A stretch of DNA of 60,783 nucleotides from the IMG/VR virus record IMGVR_UViG_3300042922_000610, positions 1-60,783 of that record. The stretch is one strand, 5' to 3'. The notes beneath the pieces were generated by a model. That model worked only from the letters and a program-made list of their open reading frames with translations, was not told the origin of the DNA and made no database searches. This document shows positions 16,248-26,280 of the stretch, piece by piece (position 1 is the first letter of the stretch; each line of letters opens with the position of its first letter). Source of the DNA: a virus (lineage: Duplodnaviria > Caudoviricetes). The translations under genes were made by a program, and so were the position numbers.

Positions 16248-17173
16248 TGGGTAAGTTTAAGGTTGGGGATCGGGTTCTGGCGAAAAATCGCGGCTACGAA
16301 GACGGCGAGCATGAGGCCGTTGTCATTTCTGACGACAATGGCTCCGTCCTCGTCGAATTCAACGACGGATGGACCGGCGGCCACGATGCGCAGATACACG
16401 ACAACCGAGAAAACCGATGGTATTCCTCATACGACGAACTCGAACTGCTGCCAGTTGCGGAGCAACCCGCAGCATGGCAGCCGAAGGTCGGCGATCGGGT
16501 GCGGTTTACCGACAAGTGTGACGCCTTTTGGTGGTTCGGCCCGCATACTGGACACAAGGAAGGCGCCGTCTCCGGCCCATCTTCGTATCCAGGCTATCAG
16601 TTCGAGGTCAAGATCGACGGCGAGGACCACCCTGCGCACGTCGATATGAGGCACATCGAACCGCTGCCCGTTGCAGCAGAGGCGCAACCCGCAGCGCTGA
16701 ATATCGAAGCCGGCAAGTTCTACCGCACGCGCGACGGGCGGAAGGCGGGTCCAGCCGAAGCGCGCGACCCTGATGACTACGATACCTATCCGTGGCGCGT
16801 GCCCGTTGACGATGACGATGGGCATTACGTCTACACCGACGACGGCAAGTATAACGTGGCTTTCGGCTCCACGCGTCACGACCTCATCGCCGAATGGGTC
16901 GACGAGCCCGCCGCCAAGGCAACCGTCGGCGCACAGGTCGACACCATCGCCGAGGAATACGGGCCGGTTGTTGCCGCGAGCAACGATAACGCCCCCAAGG
17001 CCAGCACCGCCGGCTTCACCATCCCGCTGTTTGAGGACGACGGACAGCCGCGAAAACTAGTGAAAACTAAAGGCGGATACGGCTTCGAACTAGCCCGTTT
17101 CGGCAACTACGCGTGGGTTGATACGGGACAGACCGCGCCGATCACGCTCAAGGTCTCGGATATCGCCGCCTAA
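16247..17173 (+). CDS. Modular hypothetical protein (two KVGDRV SH3-like units + RTRDGRK unit)
   Basis: KFKVGDRV, QPKVGDRV, IEAGKFYRTRDGRK. Confidence 0.75.
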   Translation: MGKFKVGDRVLAKNRGYEDGEHEAVVISDDNGSVLVEFNDGWTGGHDAQIHDNRENRWYSSYDELELLPVAEQPAAWQPKVGDRVRFTDKCDAFWWFGPHTGHKEGAVSGPSSYPGYQFEVKIDGEDHPAHVDMRHIEPLPVAAEAQPAALNIEAGKFYRTRDGRKAGPAEARDPDDYDTYPWRVPVDDDDGHYVYTDDGKYNVAFGSTRHDLIAEWVDEPAAKATVGAQVDTIAEEYGPVVAASNDNAPKASTAGFTIPLFEDDGQPRKLVKTKGGYGFELARFGNYAWVDTGQTAPITLKVSDIAA

Positions 17174-17233
17174 ACCCCACCAACCGCCACCACAGCGCCT
17201 CCTGCTCACCGGCAGGAGGCAGAGGAGACAGAT

Positions 17234-17431
17234 ATGAATATTGCAGGAGCAATTGCCGCCTTGTTCGGCATCATCGTGTGGGCAACCATCGTTGCCGGTT
17301 CGCTGGCCGCGTGGGTTACTCACGTCATCGTCTGCATCAAAGCGAGCGCTTGGATTCTGCTCGCCTTCGGCTGTGTCGTTGCGCCGGTTGGCGTCGTTCA
17401 CGGCTTCGGTATCTGGGTTGGGATTTTCTGA
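17234..17431 (+). CDS. Small membrane protein
   Basis: Hydrophobic; strong RBS. Confidence 0.7.
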   Translation: MNIAGAIAALFGIIVWATIVAGSLAAWVTHVIVCIKASAWILLAFGCVVAPVGVVHGFGIWVGIF

Positions 17432-17661
17432 TGACCGCCTCCAGACGCGATCCCCCACTCACCGCGCCACCCCTCGACTACGTGCCCACCGCACCAGTCC
17501 ACAAGCCACGGCGCGCGATCCGCCGCTCGTTGCGTGCCGCCATTTGCGGTGGCGTAGCCGGCCTTGTGGCGTTCTTTGCTCCCTTCGCCGTGCTCGTCAT
17601 GATCGGGCTGGCCGTCGGCTGGGCGGTGTTCTGCGACCTGATGGCTCGTCGACATGAGTAG
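17431..17661 (+). CDS. Small membrane protein
   Basis: TGATG junction; C-terminal TMs. Confidence 0.55.
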   Translation: MTASRRDPPLTAPPLDYVPTAPVHKPRRAIRRSLRAAICGGVAGLVAFFAPFAVLVMIGLAVGWAVFCDLMARRHE

Positions 17662-17808
17662 CGGCCGCCTCTTGGCACCGCATCTGCTGCCGGATGCGGA
17701 CGGCCCACAATGGCCGCACGACCGCGTCGTCTACATCTGCGCTGCCCTCGCTGTCGTTGTCGGCATTGTCGGGCTTTTCACCTAACCACCCACCACTGAG
17801 GAGACGAA

Positions 17809-18597
17809 ATGGCAATTTCACTTAGCTCGCTCAAGAGCACCAAAAGAAACGACCCGCCCGTCGTTCTGCTGTACGGCGTCGACGGTATCGGCAAGACCAG
17901 CCTCGCCGCTGAATTCCCCGACCCGATCTATCTCGCCACGGAAGGCGAGCGGCCGCCGTCTGATGTCGAACTGGCGACGCCAGGCACTATCGAAACCTTC
18001 GACGACCTGCTCAACGTCTTCGGCGAATTGCTCACCGAAGATCACGACCGGCGCACGGTCATCATCGATTCGCTTGATGGCCTCGAGCCGCTGGTATGGC
18101 GGGCAACATGTGCGCGGCTTGGCCTTAACAGCATCGAGGAAGCTGGCTTCGGCAAGGGCTACGTCGAGGCCGACACGGAGTGGAACGAATACCTCTCCGC
18201 CGTATCCGCCCTCGCACAGGCCGGCATGTACGTCGTGCAGCTTGCCCATCCGGAGATCGTGCGCTTCGACAGCCCTACGACTGACCCGTACAACCGCTAC
18301 ACGATCAAGCTGCACAAGCGCAGCAACGCCCTAGTGCGCGAAAAGGCCGACGTCGTCGCGTTCATGAACTACCGCATCTCCATCAAGGAGAAGGAAGTCG
18401 CACGCCAGACGAAGGTTGCCCACGCGGAGGGCGGCAAGGAGCGCCAGGTGCACCTGAACGAGGGCGCCGGCTTCAACGCCAAGAATCGCTACTCGATGCC
18501 AGACACGATCTCTTACCGCAAAGGGCAGGGCTTCACCGAACTGGCGAAATACTGGCCGGTTGCCAACGGCAACGCTGCAGCGAAGGTGGCGGCGTAA
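17809..18597 (+). CDS. AAA_24 / Sak4-like ATPase (ssDNA annealing)
   Basis: GVDGIGKT, IIDSLD, GFGKGY, AKNRY. Confidence 0.9.
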   Translation: MAISLSSLKSTKRNDPPVVLLYGVDGIGKTSLAAEFPDPIYLATEGERPPSDVELATPGTIETFDDLLNVFGELLTEDHDRRTVIIDSLDGLEPLVWRATCARLGLNSIEEAGFGKGYVEADTEWNEYLSAVSALAQAGMYVVQLAHPEIVRFDSPTTDPYNRYTIKLHKRSNALVREKADVVAFMNYRISIKEKEVARQTKVAHAEGGKERQVHLNEGAGFNAKNRYSMPDTISYRKGQGFTELAKYWPVANGNAAAKVAA

Positions 18598-18833
18598 TGG
18601 AAAAGATCGTTGCTTCTTTCCTTGCGGTTATCGCCATCGCGTTCATTGCGCCGCTGGCCGGCGTGTTGATCGGCTCATTTACTGGATGGGTCGTCGGCCT
18701 CGTCTTTAGCGAGACAATCCTGTCTTTTCTCTCGCGGTTCGGCGTCGACACCGCTGGACTAGCCGTTTGGCAAATCGGCGCCGCCATGGGGTTCTTGGGC
18801 AGCTTCCTGCGAACCACCGTCAGCAAAACCTAA
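18597..18833 (+). CDS. Small membrane protein
   Basis: TAATG junction; hydrophobic. Confidence 0.7.
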   Translation: MEKIVASFLAVIAIAFIAPLAGVLIGSFTGWVVGLVFSETILSFLSRFGVDTAGLAVWQIGAAMGFLGSFLRTTVSKT

Positions 18834-18868
18834 CCACCCACCAACCACCACCACAGAAGGAGACTTAA

Positions 18869-19462
18869 ATGGCCAAGATTGGCGTAAGAATCGAAGCGAC
18901 CGAAGAGGGCACCGAGCAGCGTTCCGGTGATTTTCCGAACCTGCCGAATGGCGTTTACTCGCTTGAGATGGAGGCCGGCGACGTCATCGAGAAGGACAAG
19001 GACACGCCGCAGCACGTCATTACGGTGAAGATGACAGCACAGGTCGTCGAGCCGGCCGAGTTTGCTGGTCGCAAGATGTTCGTCAACTACAACATTCAGC
19101 ATCCGAATTCCCAAGCGCAGGACATCGGTAACAGGCAGTTCCAGTGCCTTCTTCGCGCTCTTGAGCTCACCGAGGTTCCGGGGGACGATACGGACAATCT
19201 GCTGTTCAAGTCTTTCACGGCGACAATCGGCATGGGCAAGGACAGCAAGGAGAAGAACGCCGACGGCTCTCCGAAGTACGCTGCTCGCAATGAGATCAAG
19301 CGCTACTGGTTCCCTGATCAGGGTGACACCCCCGCCATCGGCGTGACTGGTCCTGCACCTGAAGCACGCGCACCAGCAAACGACAACCGCGCTCCCGCCG
19401 CGCAGCAGCAGGCGGCACGTCCTGCGGCTACGGGCAACAGGCCGTGGGGTAGCAAGAAGTAA
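18869..19462 (+). CDS. DUF669-like ssDNA-binding protein
   Basis: LPNGVY..GRKMF..A..IG..RNEIKRY; follows Sak4-like gene. Confidence 0.75.
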   Translation: MAKIGVRIEATEEGTEQRSGDFPNLPNGVYSLEMEAGDVIEKDKDTPQHVITVKMTAQVVEPAEFAGRKMFVNYNIQHPNSQAQDIGNRQFQCLLRALELTEVPGDDTDNLLFKSFTATIGMGKDSKEKNADGSPKYAARNEIKRYWFPDQGDTPAIGVTGPAPEARAPANDNRAPAAQQQAARPAATGNRPWGSKK

Positions 19463-19523
19463 CAACGCCTATGCGGCGGGTCGTCACCAGCGGCCCGCCA
19501 TCCACCACACAAGAGGAGACAAA

Positions 19524-19928
19524 ATGAAGCGCATTTTTCTTGCCGTTGCGTTGGCCGCGACGGCGTTCCTGGCAGGCTGCACCGACGCTGACGTCGCGTC
19601 GCAGAACATTTCAAAGGCGGCCGACAACTTCGAAGTCAACCGCCGCGTCGTTTTCTATAACGGCATCACTGGCGACTACATCCTGACGGTCGAGGGGCTT
19701 TGCTCTCTCGGCAATGCTGACGCGGCGCGCGAGGTGACGATCACCTGCAAGACCGGGCCGCGCGCATACAAGAAGCACTTTCTCGGCCTGTCCGACAATG
19801 TGACCTTCTTCGCGGAGCAGTTGGAGCCGGCTGCAGTCAGCGCCTACCACTACCGCGTGACCTTCAAGCCGCAGACGATCATTCCTGACATCGATTTCCG
19901 CGGCGATGCGGAAGAGTTGGTGAACTGA
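19524..19928 (+). CDS. Phage lipoprotein
   Basis: Lipobox LAGC; ADNFEVNRRVVFYNGIT..KKHFLGLSDNV. Confidence 0.85.
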   Translation: MKRIFLAVALAATAFLAGCTDADVASQNISKAADNFEVNRRVVFYNGITGDYILTVEGLCSLGNADAAREVTITCKTGPRAYKKHFLGLSDNVTFFAEQLEPAAVSAYHYRVTFKPQTIIPDIDFRGDAEELVN

Positions 19929-19930
19929 CC

Positions 19931-20332
19931 ATGGGCGACAAGAACTTCAAATGGTGGGCCGCAGATTCGGAAGACGCGGAAATCTTCCAAGGCCCATACG
20001 ACAGCCGCGAGGAGGCAATTCAGGTCGGCGAAACAGACTTCGACGGCGAGGATTTCTACATCGTAGAGGCAGACAAATCCGTGATGCGTGCCAACTTTGA
20101 CGGAGAGCGATACGCCGAGCGCATCATGGAAGATATGATCGAAAATAACGGCGAATGTTTCAATGAATACGGCGAAGCAGACCCTTGGGCCGATTACGCC
20201 AATCCGCACCGTTCGCTCGGCAACGCCATTGAGAAGGCAGTCGAGGACTGGCTTGCCGCCCATCCCGGCAAGACATGGTCGTTCGGCACAATGCGCAACG
20301 GCGAAACCATTGAGGCCAAACAGGACGCCTAA
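19931..20332 (+). CDS. Acidic hypothetical protein
   Basis: GPYDSREEAI. Confidence 0.7.
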   Translation: MGDKNFKWWAADSEDAEIFQGPYDSREEAIQVGETDFDGEDFYIVEADKSVMRANFDGERYAERIMEDMIENNGECFNEYGEADPWADYANPHRSLGNAIEKAVEDWLAAHPGKTWSFGTMRNGETIEAKQDA

Positions 20333-20388
20333 CCACCACACCGCTGCACGGCCACCACCGTGCGGCGCCACCACAAGAGGAGACCACC

Positions 20389-21441
20389 ATGCGCCTACTC
20401 ATAGGCAAACAGGAACTCGCGCGCGTTATGGCCAACGTCGGCCGTGTCGTCGAGAGCCGCAACACCATTCCGATTCTCGGTCACGTCATGCTGGCTGCGG
20501 CTGGCGGGGGGCTTGCCGTAACTGGAACCGACCTCGACATCGTCGCGACTGCATCGGCAACTGCTGACATCGAGAAGGACGGCGCCGTCTGCGTCGACGC
20601 CAAACTCTTCGGGGACATAGTTAAAAGAATAAGCGGCGACATTTCGCTCAGCCTTGAGGCTGAAAAGCTGATTGTGAAATCAGGCCGTAGCCGTTTCTCG
20701 CTGGCAACGCTCCCCGCCGCAGACTTCCCCGACCTCGGCGGCGGCACGTTCACGGCGGAATTCGATCTGGACATCGCAGCGATGTTCGCTCCGGTTTCGT
20801 TCGCCATCAGCAACGAGGAGACCCGATTTTACCTGAACGGAGTCTACTTCCAATCGACGGAAGGGGATTCGTCTGTTGCGGTAGCAACCGACGGGCATCG
20901 GCTGGCGCGCAACTTCGGTCCAGCCTTGCCAACCTTTGCCGGCATCATCGTGCCGCGGAAGACGGTAAGTTTGCTGCCGAAGGGCGAGGTTCGCGTCTCG
21001 GTCTCCGATACCAAGATCCGCATCGTGGCCGGTGACTTCGTGCTCACGAGCAAGCTGATCGATGGCACATTCCCCGATTATAACCGCGTCATACCCACAC
21101 AGAACGACAAATCCGTTGCCGTCGATCGTGATGCCATGATGGGTGCAGCCGAACGCGTCGTTACCGTCTCGTCGGAAAAGAGCCGCGCGGTGAAACTGGC
21201 AATCGCGCCAGGATCGATCGGGCTTTCTGCGCGCTCCGATGTCGGCGATGCGCAGGACGAGGTGGCGGCCGACTATACCGGCGAGCCCTTCGACATGGGC
21301 TTCAACAGCCAGTATTTGCGCGACGTGTTCGGCGTTCTGCCGGTCGGTCAAGTCAATATGCAACTCGCCGAAGGTGCGCCAGCGCTCATCACTGGCGGCG
21401 CCGAGGGGCTGTTGCTGCTCTTGATGCCGATGCGCGTATGA
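20389..21441 (+). CDS. dnaN: DNA polymerase III beta sliding clamp
   Basis: RNTIPIL, TDLD, ETRFYLNG, ATDGHRL, LIDGTFPDY, GFN..YL, LMPMRV. Confidence 0.95.
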   Translation: MRLLIGKQELARVMANVGRVVESRNTIPILGHVMLAAAGGGLAVTGTDLDIVATASATADIEKDGAVCVDAKLFGDIVKRISGDISLSLEAEKLIVKSGRSRFSLATLPAADFPDLGGGTFTAEFDLDIAAMFAPVSFAISNEETRFYLNGVYFQSTEGDSSVAVATDGHRLARNFGPALPTFAGIIVPRKTVSLLPKGEVRVSVSDTKIRIVAGDFVLTSKLIDGTFPDYNRVIPTQNDKSVAVDRDAMMGAAERVVTVSSEKSRAVKLAIAPGSIGLSARSDVGDAQDEVAADYTGEPFDMGFNSQYLRDVFGVLPVGQVNMQLAEGAPALITGGAEGLLLLLMPMRV

Positions 21442-21728
21442 CCAGCGTAGCGGGGCAGGAAGGCGGGCTGTGGCGGCCCGCTAACGGAACTGATGGCGCC
21501 GATTTTGAGCGCAAGTGGTGCGCGCATTGCTTGGAGTCGACACCGAACGTTTGGGAAGACGAATTCGGAAACGAGGTCGTGAGCGGCTGCGATATCGTTG
21601 ACGCCACGTTCATGGGGCACGTCCTTGCGCTGGAATGGATCATCCGCGACGGCATGCCGTGGTGCAAGGCGTTTCGGCAGGATCCGGAACGGCCGTCGCG
21701 GTGCCTGTTTACGAAGGAGATGTTTTGA
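21438..21728 (+). CDS. Cys-rich hypothetical protein
   Basis: PANGTDG..WCAHC..C..C. Confidence 0.7.
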   Translation: MTSVAGQEGGLWRPANGTDGADFERKWCAHCLESTPNVWEDEFGNEVVSGCDIVDATFMGHVLALEWIIRDGMPWCKAFRQDPERPSRCLFTKEMF

Positions 21729-22705
21729 TGGCACCTCTGCCGCGCCCCCAAGCATCCACCGTTTCCGCGATTTACAAGGCGTACGAGGAGCGCAACGAAC
21801 AGCGAGACGGAAAAACGATTCCCGCCTCGCAGCTTGCCGAAGAGTGCAGCAGGAAGCTTTTCTACGACTTCCGCTGGACGACGCCGCACGAGCACATACC
21901 TGGCCGCACGCTGCGCATCTTCGAAACCGGCAACATCGAGGAAGACCGCTGGATTGAAAACCTGCGCATGATCGGATGCGAGGTTGTCGATCGCGCGCCA
22001 GACGGCCGTCAAATCCGCGTCGATCTGGCTGGCGGCCACGTCGGCGGCTTTCTCGATTCCGAGATCCTTGGCTTGCCGGAGGCGCCGAAGACTTGGCATG
22101 TGGGCGAAATAAAAAGTCACAATCTGAAGAGCTTCACGGCCCTGAAGAAGGATGGCGTTCGCGTCAGCAATCCGCTGCATTTCGGGCAGATGCAGGTTTA
22201 CATGCATGCGCGAGGGCGCGACAGGGCGGTCTATCTCGCAGTATGCAAAGACAACGACGAGCTCTATGCAGAGCGGATCCATTACGATCTGGAATACTGC
22301 CTGCGGCTGCTTGCAAAGGCGGAGCGCATTATCAACGCGCACGAGCCGCCGGCAAAACTGCACGAAGATCCGACTGCCAAGATGGCCTTCGCCTGCGGAT
22401 GGTGCAAGCACCGCGGCATCTGCCACGAGGACGCATGGCCGCGCTCAAATTGCAGGACATGCCTTTATGCGTCTCCGGAGCAGGGCGGCACATGGTCCTG
22501 TTCACGCTTCAACAAGCCCTTGTCGCTCGACGAGCAGAAGGCGGGATGCCCTGCCCATTTGTTTTTGCCGGCGCTGATTCCAGGCGAACAACTAGATTGC
22601 GACGAGGCCGCCGAAACAGTGACGTACAGGCTGCGCAGCGGTCAAATCTACGTAGACGGCGCCGCGAACGACAACGACCCGCCCATTGCCGCGCAAGCGG
22701 CGTGA
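21728..22705 (+). CDS. PD-(D/E)XK Cas4/lambda-exo-like nuclease
   Basis: C.RKLFY, D..EIKS, QMQVYM, C-terminal Cys clusters. Confidence 0.85.
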   Translation: MAPLPRPQASTVSAIYKAYEERNEQRDGKTIPASQLAEECSRKLFYDFRWTTPHEHIPGRTLRIFETGNIEEDRWIENLRMIGCEVVDRAPDGRQIRVDLAGGHVGGFLDSEILGLPEAPKTWHVGEIKSHNLKSFTALKKDGVRVSNPLHFGQMQVYMHARGRDRAVYLAVCKDNDELYAERIHYDLEYCLRLLAKAERIINAHEPPAKLHEDPTAKMAFACGWCKHRGICHEDAWPRSNCRTCLYASPEQGGTWSCSRFNKPLSLDEQKAGCPAHLFLPALIPGEQLDCDEAAETVTYRLRSGQIYVDGAANDNDPPIAAQAA

Positions 22706-22748
22706 CCACTACGGCCTCACCAGCCGAACACCACAAAGAGGAGACGAT

Positions 22749-23258
22749 ATGCAACCCGCAATAGCACCCGCCACCGAACAAGCAAGGCCAGCGTGGTATG
22801 ACCAAAAGCTAGTCGAGCACACGCATCTCATTCGCAGCATAGCCTACAAGCGCCGCTATGGTGTCATGGCCGAAGAGCTAGTGCAGGATATTTATGTCTC
22901 AGCCTTGCAGCGGTGGCACTACTACGATGAAAAGCACGAATTCGGAATCTGGATCAGGCTTGTAGCTAGCCACGTCATGGCCAGACAACGAGAGAAGGCT
23001 GGCCGTATCAAGCGAACAGCTAAGTTGGTGCCGATCAAGGACGTGAGCCCCGCCACGCCGCCGACCCAGCATGACTATGCAGAGTTGTCGGAAACGTTAC
23101 GACGTCTTTCCGGCACGCGCGATAGCGACGTGCTCATGCGTTACGCCATGGGCGAAGAACTGGGCGAGATAGCTGTCGACTACGGGGTTAGTAGGAATCG
23201 CATTCACCAACTTTGCCAGCGCGAGCGCGAGCGATTGGCGGCGAGGGCCGCGGCATGA
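22749..23258 (+). CDS. ECF-like sigma factor
   Basis: AEELVQD..F..WI (region 2); EIA.DYGVSRNRIHQL (region 4). Confidence 0.8.
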   Translation: MQPAIAPATEQARPAWYDQKLVEHTHLIRSIAYKRRYGVMAEELVQDIYVSALQRWHYYDEKHEFGIWIRLVASHVMARQREKAGRIKRTAKLVPIKDVSPATPPTQHDYAELSETLRRLSGTRDSDVLMRYAMGEELGEIAVDYGVSRNRIHQLCQRERERLAARAAA

Positions 23259-24040
23259 GCCACGCGAACGATAACAAAAAGCGGCGTGCAAAGCCCGGCG
23301 AGGCAAGGGCCTGGTTGGATGACGTAATTGCGCGCAAGGATGAAATTAAAGGCTGCGTCTTCTGGCCGTTCTCACGAGACCAAAAGGGCTACGCAAAAAT
23401 CAATGTTGGCGGCAAGCCCGACAATGCACATCGCGTGGTTTGCAAGGCCGTTAAGGGTGAACCGCCGACGCCTAGCCATCAGGCAGCCCATAATTGCGGC
23501 AATGGAAAGTTTGGCTGCATCAGCCCTGACTGCTTGCGGTGGGCCACTCAAATCGAGAACGAGGCGGACAAAATCATCCACGGCACACGCCTGATGGGGC
23601 AGGACGTCAGCAACTCCAAAATCACAATAGAAACGGCGCGCATGATCCATGTCCTGCGGGCAAAGGGAATGACGCAGGAGGAGATTGCGTCGTCCCTCGA
23701 TATCCTGCGCCAGCAGGTCAGCCGGATCGCGTCTGGCGACAGGTGGGCGCATATTCACCCCGACAATGACAGCGTGACCGCCTCCATGGTTTCAGATGTT
23801 GCAAGCAATCGTTCCACTGCCGATTGTCGCGTCTCTATTTCCGATTCCCAGGTTAGGCAAGCGCACGTCCTTCGCGCGTTAGGTCAAACCTACGAAGAAA
23901 TCGGCAAAGCTCTAGGGATGGATACCAAGCAGGCGAACCGCATTGTTCGCGGAGATCGTCGGCGGAATCTGCATCCTGAAAATGATCCAGTAACCGCACG
24001 AATGATAGCGGAAGCGACCAGTGAAAAGGTTGCCGCATAA
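23255..24040 (+). CDS. HNH endonuclease with two tandem HTH repeats
   Basis: CVFWP, AHRVVC, AAHNCGN..CI.P..LRW.T..EN..D; two H.LRA.G.T.EEI..HP.ND units. Confidence 0.85.
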   Translation: MSHANDNKKRRAKPGEARAWLDDVIARKDEIKGCVFWPFSRDQKGYAKINVGGKPDNAHRVVCKAVKGEPPTPSHQAAHNCGNGKFGCISPDCLRWATQIENEADKIIHGTRLMGQDVSNSKITIETARMIHVLRAKGMTQEEIASSLDILRQQVSRIASGDRWAHIHPDNDSVTASMVSDVASNRSTADCRVSISDSQVRQAHVLRALGQTYEEIGKALGMDTKQANRIVRGDRRRNLHPENDPVTARMIAEATSEKVAA

Positions 24041-25770
24041 TGGCCCTCCGATACTACCAACGCGAGGCCGTCGACTCGGTATTCGACTATTGGCAAGAGG
24101 AGGCCGGCCACCCCCTCATCGACATGGCAACAGGGACGGGCAAGAGCATGACTCTTGCCACGCTCTTTCAGGAGCTTGTAACAGGCTGGCCCGACATGCG
24201 GCTCGTTTGCGTTACGCATGTGGTTGAGCTTGTCGAGGCCAACTTCAAGGAACTGCTAGGTATTTTCCCGTTTGCCCCAGCAGATTTGTACGCATCCGCC
24301 CTTGGTCGGAGGAGTGCGCGAGCGCAGATACTGTTTGCTCAGTTGCAGACCGTCTACAGCAAGGCGGCCGAGATCGGCTGGGTTGACGTATTGGCGATCG
24401 ACGAAGTGCACCTCGTTCCGAACGACGCCAACACGATGTATCGCATCTTCATTGATGCCTTGCTGGCCATTAACCCAGATATGAAGATCGTTGGCCTGTC
24501 TGCCACACTTTTCCGCCTGGATAGCGGGCGATTGGATGAAGGCGATGACCGCCTATTTAGTAAGGTCGTCTACAGCTACGATATTCGCCGCGGCATTGAC
24601 GATGGCTACCTGACCCCCATTACGTCCAAGCCGACGCAGACAAAGCAGGACACGTCGGCCGTTCCGATGCGCGGCAACGATCTCGCCAAGGGAGCGCTGC
24701 AAAAGGCTGTCGACAAGGATTGGCTCAACCGGCAGATCATGGAAGAGGTGATGGACACGGAGGGCCATCGAAAGACCGCGCTGTTCTTCTGCGCCGGCAT
24801 CGAGCACGCGACGCACATGCGCGACATCGTGCGCGACATGGGCAAGACTTGCGAGGTGCTGTCTGGAAACACGCCAAAGACCGAGCGGCGAAACATGATC
24901 GAGGCGCTGAAGCGCGGCGAGATATGGGCCATCAGCAATGACAATGTAATGTCCACTGGCACCAATGTGCCTGGCATTGATCTCATAGTTGACGCGGCCA
25001 GAACAAAGTCGGCAAGCCGTTATGTCCAACGCGTCGGGCGCGGTACTAGGGTGGTCTACCCTCGCGGGTTCGACGCCGAGTCAGCGAGTGCAGAAGAGCG
25101 GCGAGCGGCTATCGCGGGACATGTGAAGCCGAACTGCCGATACATGGACTTTGCCGGCAATATCGCCGAGCACGGCCCAGTCGACATGATTACTCCGAAG
25201 AAGCCGGCGAAGGGCGAGGGCACTGCGCCGATCAAGGTATGCCCGCAATGCGAGGAGATTTTGCACGCCTCGCTTCGCGTCTGCTGGTGCTGTGGCAATG
25301 AGTTTGAGTTTGACGACACTCCGAAGCTGCAAACGCGGCCGACCGATGCTCCAATCATCTCCACACAGGAGCCTGATTGGCGACGGGTGACATCGCGAAA
25401 ATTCGCATTCCATCCCGGCAAGGCCGGAAAGGTCGATTCGGTGAAGGTCACGTATTTCGCTGGCTATACCGCCATCAACGATTGGCTCGGGCCGGCGCAC
25501 ACTGGTTTCTTTAAGACAAAAACTGACCGATGGTGGCTCGCTCACGGGGGCTCCCGGCCAATGCCCAAGACACCTCTCGAGTTTTTAGAGCGCCAGGGGG
25601 AGTTGAATGAAACAGCCGAGATTTCGGTGATTCCGAATAAAAAGTACTGGAATGTAAAGGACTACAAGGCCGGAGAGGCGAAAGCTCCCGCAAACGACAA
25701 CCACGAACCACCCGCAAACGACAATCGCCCAAGCTGGGCGTGGGAGCTAGAGGCCGATGTACCATTTTAG
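24040..25770 (+). CDS. SF2 DEAD/DEAH helicase (RadD/YejH-like)
   Basis: TGTGKS, DEVH, SAT, QRVGRG.R, CPQC/C..C. Confidence 0.92.
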   Translation: MALRYYQREAVDSVFDYWQEEAGHPLIDMATGTGKSMTLATLFQELVTGWPDMRLVCVTHVVELVEANFKELLGIFPFAPADLYASALGRRSARAQILFAQLQTVYSKAAEIGWVDVLAIDEVHLVPNDANTMYRIFIDALLAINPDMKIVGLSATLFRLDSGRLDEGDDRLFSKVVYSYDIRRGIDDGYLTPITSKPTQTKQDTSAVPMRGNDLAKGALQKAVDKDWLNRQIMEEVMDTEGHRKTALFFCAGIEHATHMRDIVRDMGKTCEVLSGNTPKTERRNMIEALKRGEIWAISNDNVMSTGTNVPGIDLIVDAARTKSASRYVQRVGRGTRVVYPRGFDAESASAEERRAAIAGHVKPNCRYMDFAGNIAEHGPVDMITPKKPAKGEGTAPIKVCPQCEEILHASLRVCWCCGNEFEFDDTPKLQTRPTDAPIISTQEPDWRRVTSRKFAFHPGKAGKVDSVKVTYFAGYTAINDWLGPAHTGFFKTKTDRWWLAHGGSRPMPKTPLEFLERQGELNETAEISVIPNKKYWNVKDYKAGEAKAPANDNHEPPANDNRPSWAWELEADVPF

Positions 25771-25807
25771 GATAATACGAAATGCACACCTAGCACGATT
25801 AGGTGCG

Positions 25808-25836
25808 TTGACAAATTTGTAGAGCCGAACTATTTC
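25808..25836 (+). promoter_or_regulatory. Promoter with ACAAATTTGT palindrome
   Basis: TTGACA-17-TATTTC. Confidence 0.65.
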
Positions 25837-25864
25837 TGCCGCATCGCAACAACGGAGGTGCGGC

Positions 25865-25945
25865 ATGATTCTACACGGCGAACAAAGCAGAAGATGGCGA
25901 GTGACGAAAGCCAAGCGCATAAGACGGCCGGCGCGTGGGCGCTGA
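25865..25945 (+). CDS. 26-aa Arg-rich peptide (not in ORF track)
   Basis: GGAGGT RBS; MILHGEQSRRWRVTKAKRIRRPARGR*; sits between two promoters. Confidence 0.55.
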   Translation: MILHGEQSRRWRVTKAKRIRRPARGR

Positions 25946-25949
25946 AAGG

Positions 25950-25978
25950 TTGACAAATTTGTAGAAATGAATTAAGAC
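25950..25978 (+). promoter_or_regulatory. Promoter with ACAAATTTGT palindrome
   Basis: TTGACA-17-TAAGAC. Confidence 0.65.
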
Positions 25979-26028
25979 TGGACCAAACCGCGGAGTACCG
26001 CCCGCGAGCACCACAAGAGGAGACAGAT

Positions 26029-26280
26029 ATGATTGCCGAGGAAAGAAGAAGACCGGACGCCGACGAGGCGCAGAACCAACCGCGCATTGTTGCGGAAGCA
26101 ACAAGCGGCGGTGAGTGGCTGCAGCACGACTTGTCGAAGCGCAGACCAGTAGAACTAGACGAGATGGTCATTACCCGCTGCGCTGGCGATTGGCGAGAAG
26201 AGGCGGAGGAGTGGGGCGCTAGCCCAGCCAACAAAGTAGATTGGGAAGCCGTGCTGGAATACCGAGTGGTGGCAGCATGA
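26029..26280 (+). CDS. Hypothetical protein
   Basis: AGAGGAGAC RBS. Confidence 0.65.
   Translation: MIAEERRRPDADEAQNQPRIVAEATSGGEWLQHDLSKRRPVELDEMVITRCAGDWREEAEEWGASPANKVDWEAVLEYRVVAA

Noticed and set aside
21728-22705. CRISPR-Cas locus from the Cas4-like nuclease
   Set aside because: No repeat-spacer array or other cas genes; the context is a Sak4/SSB recombination module.
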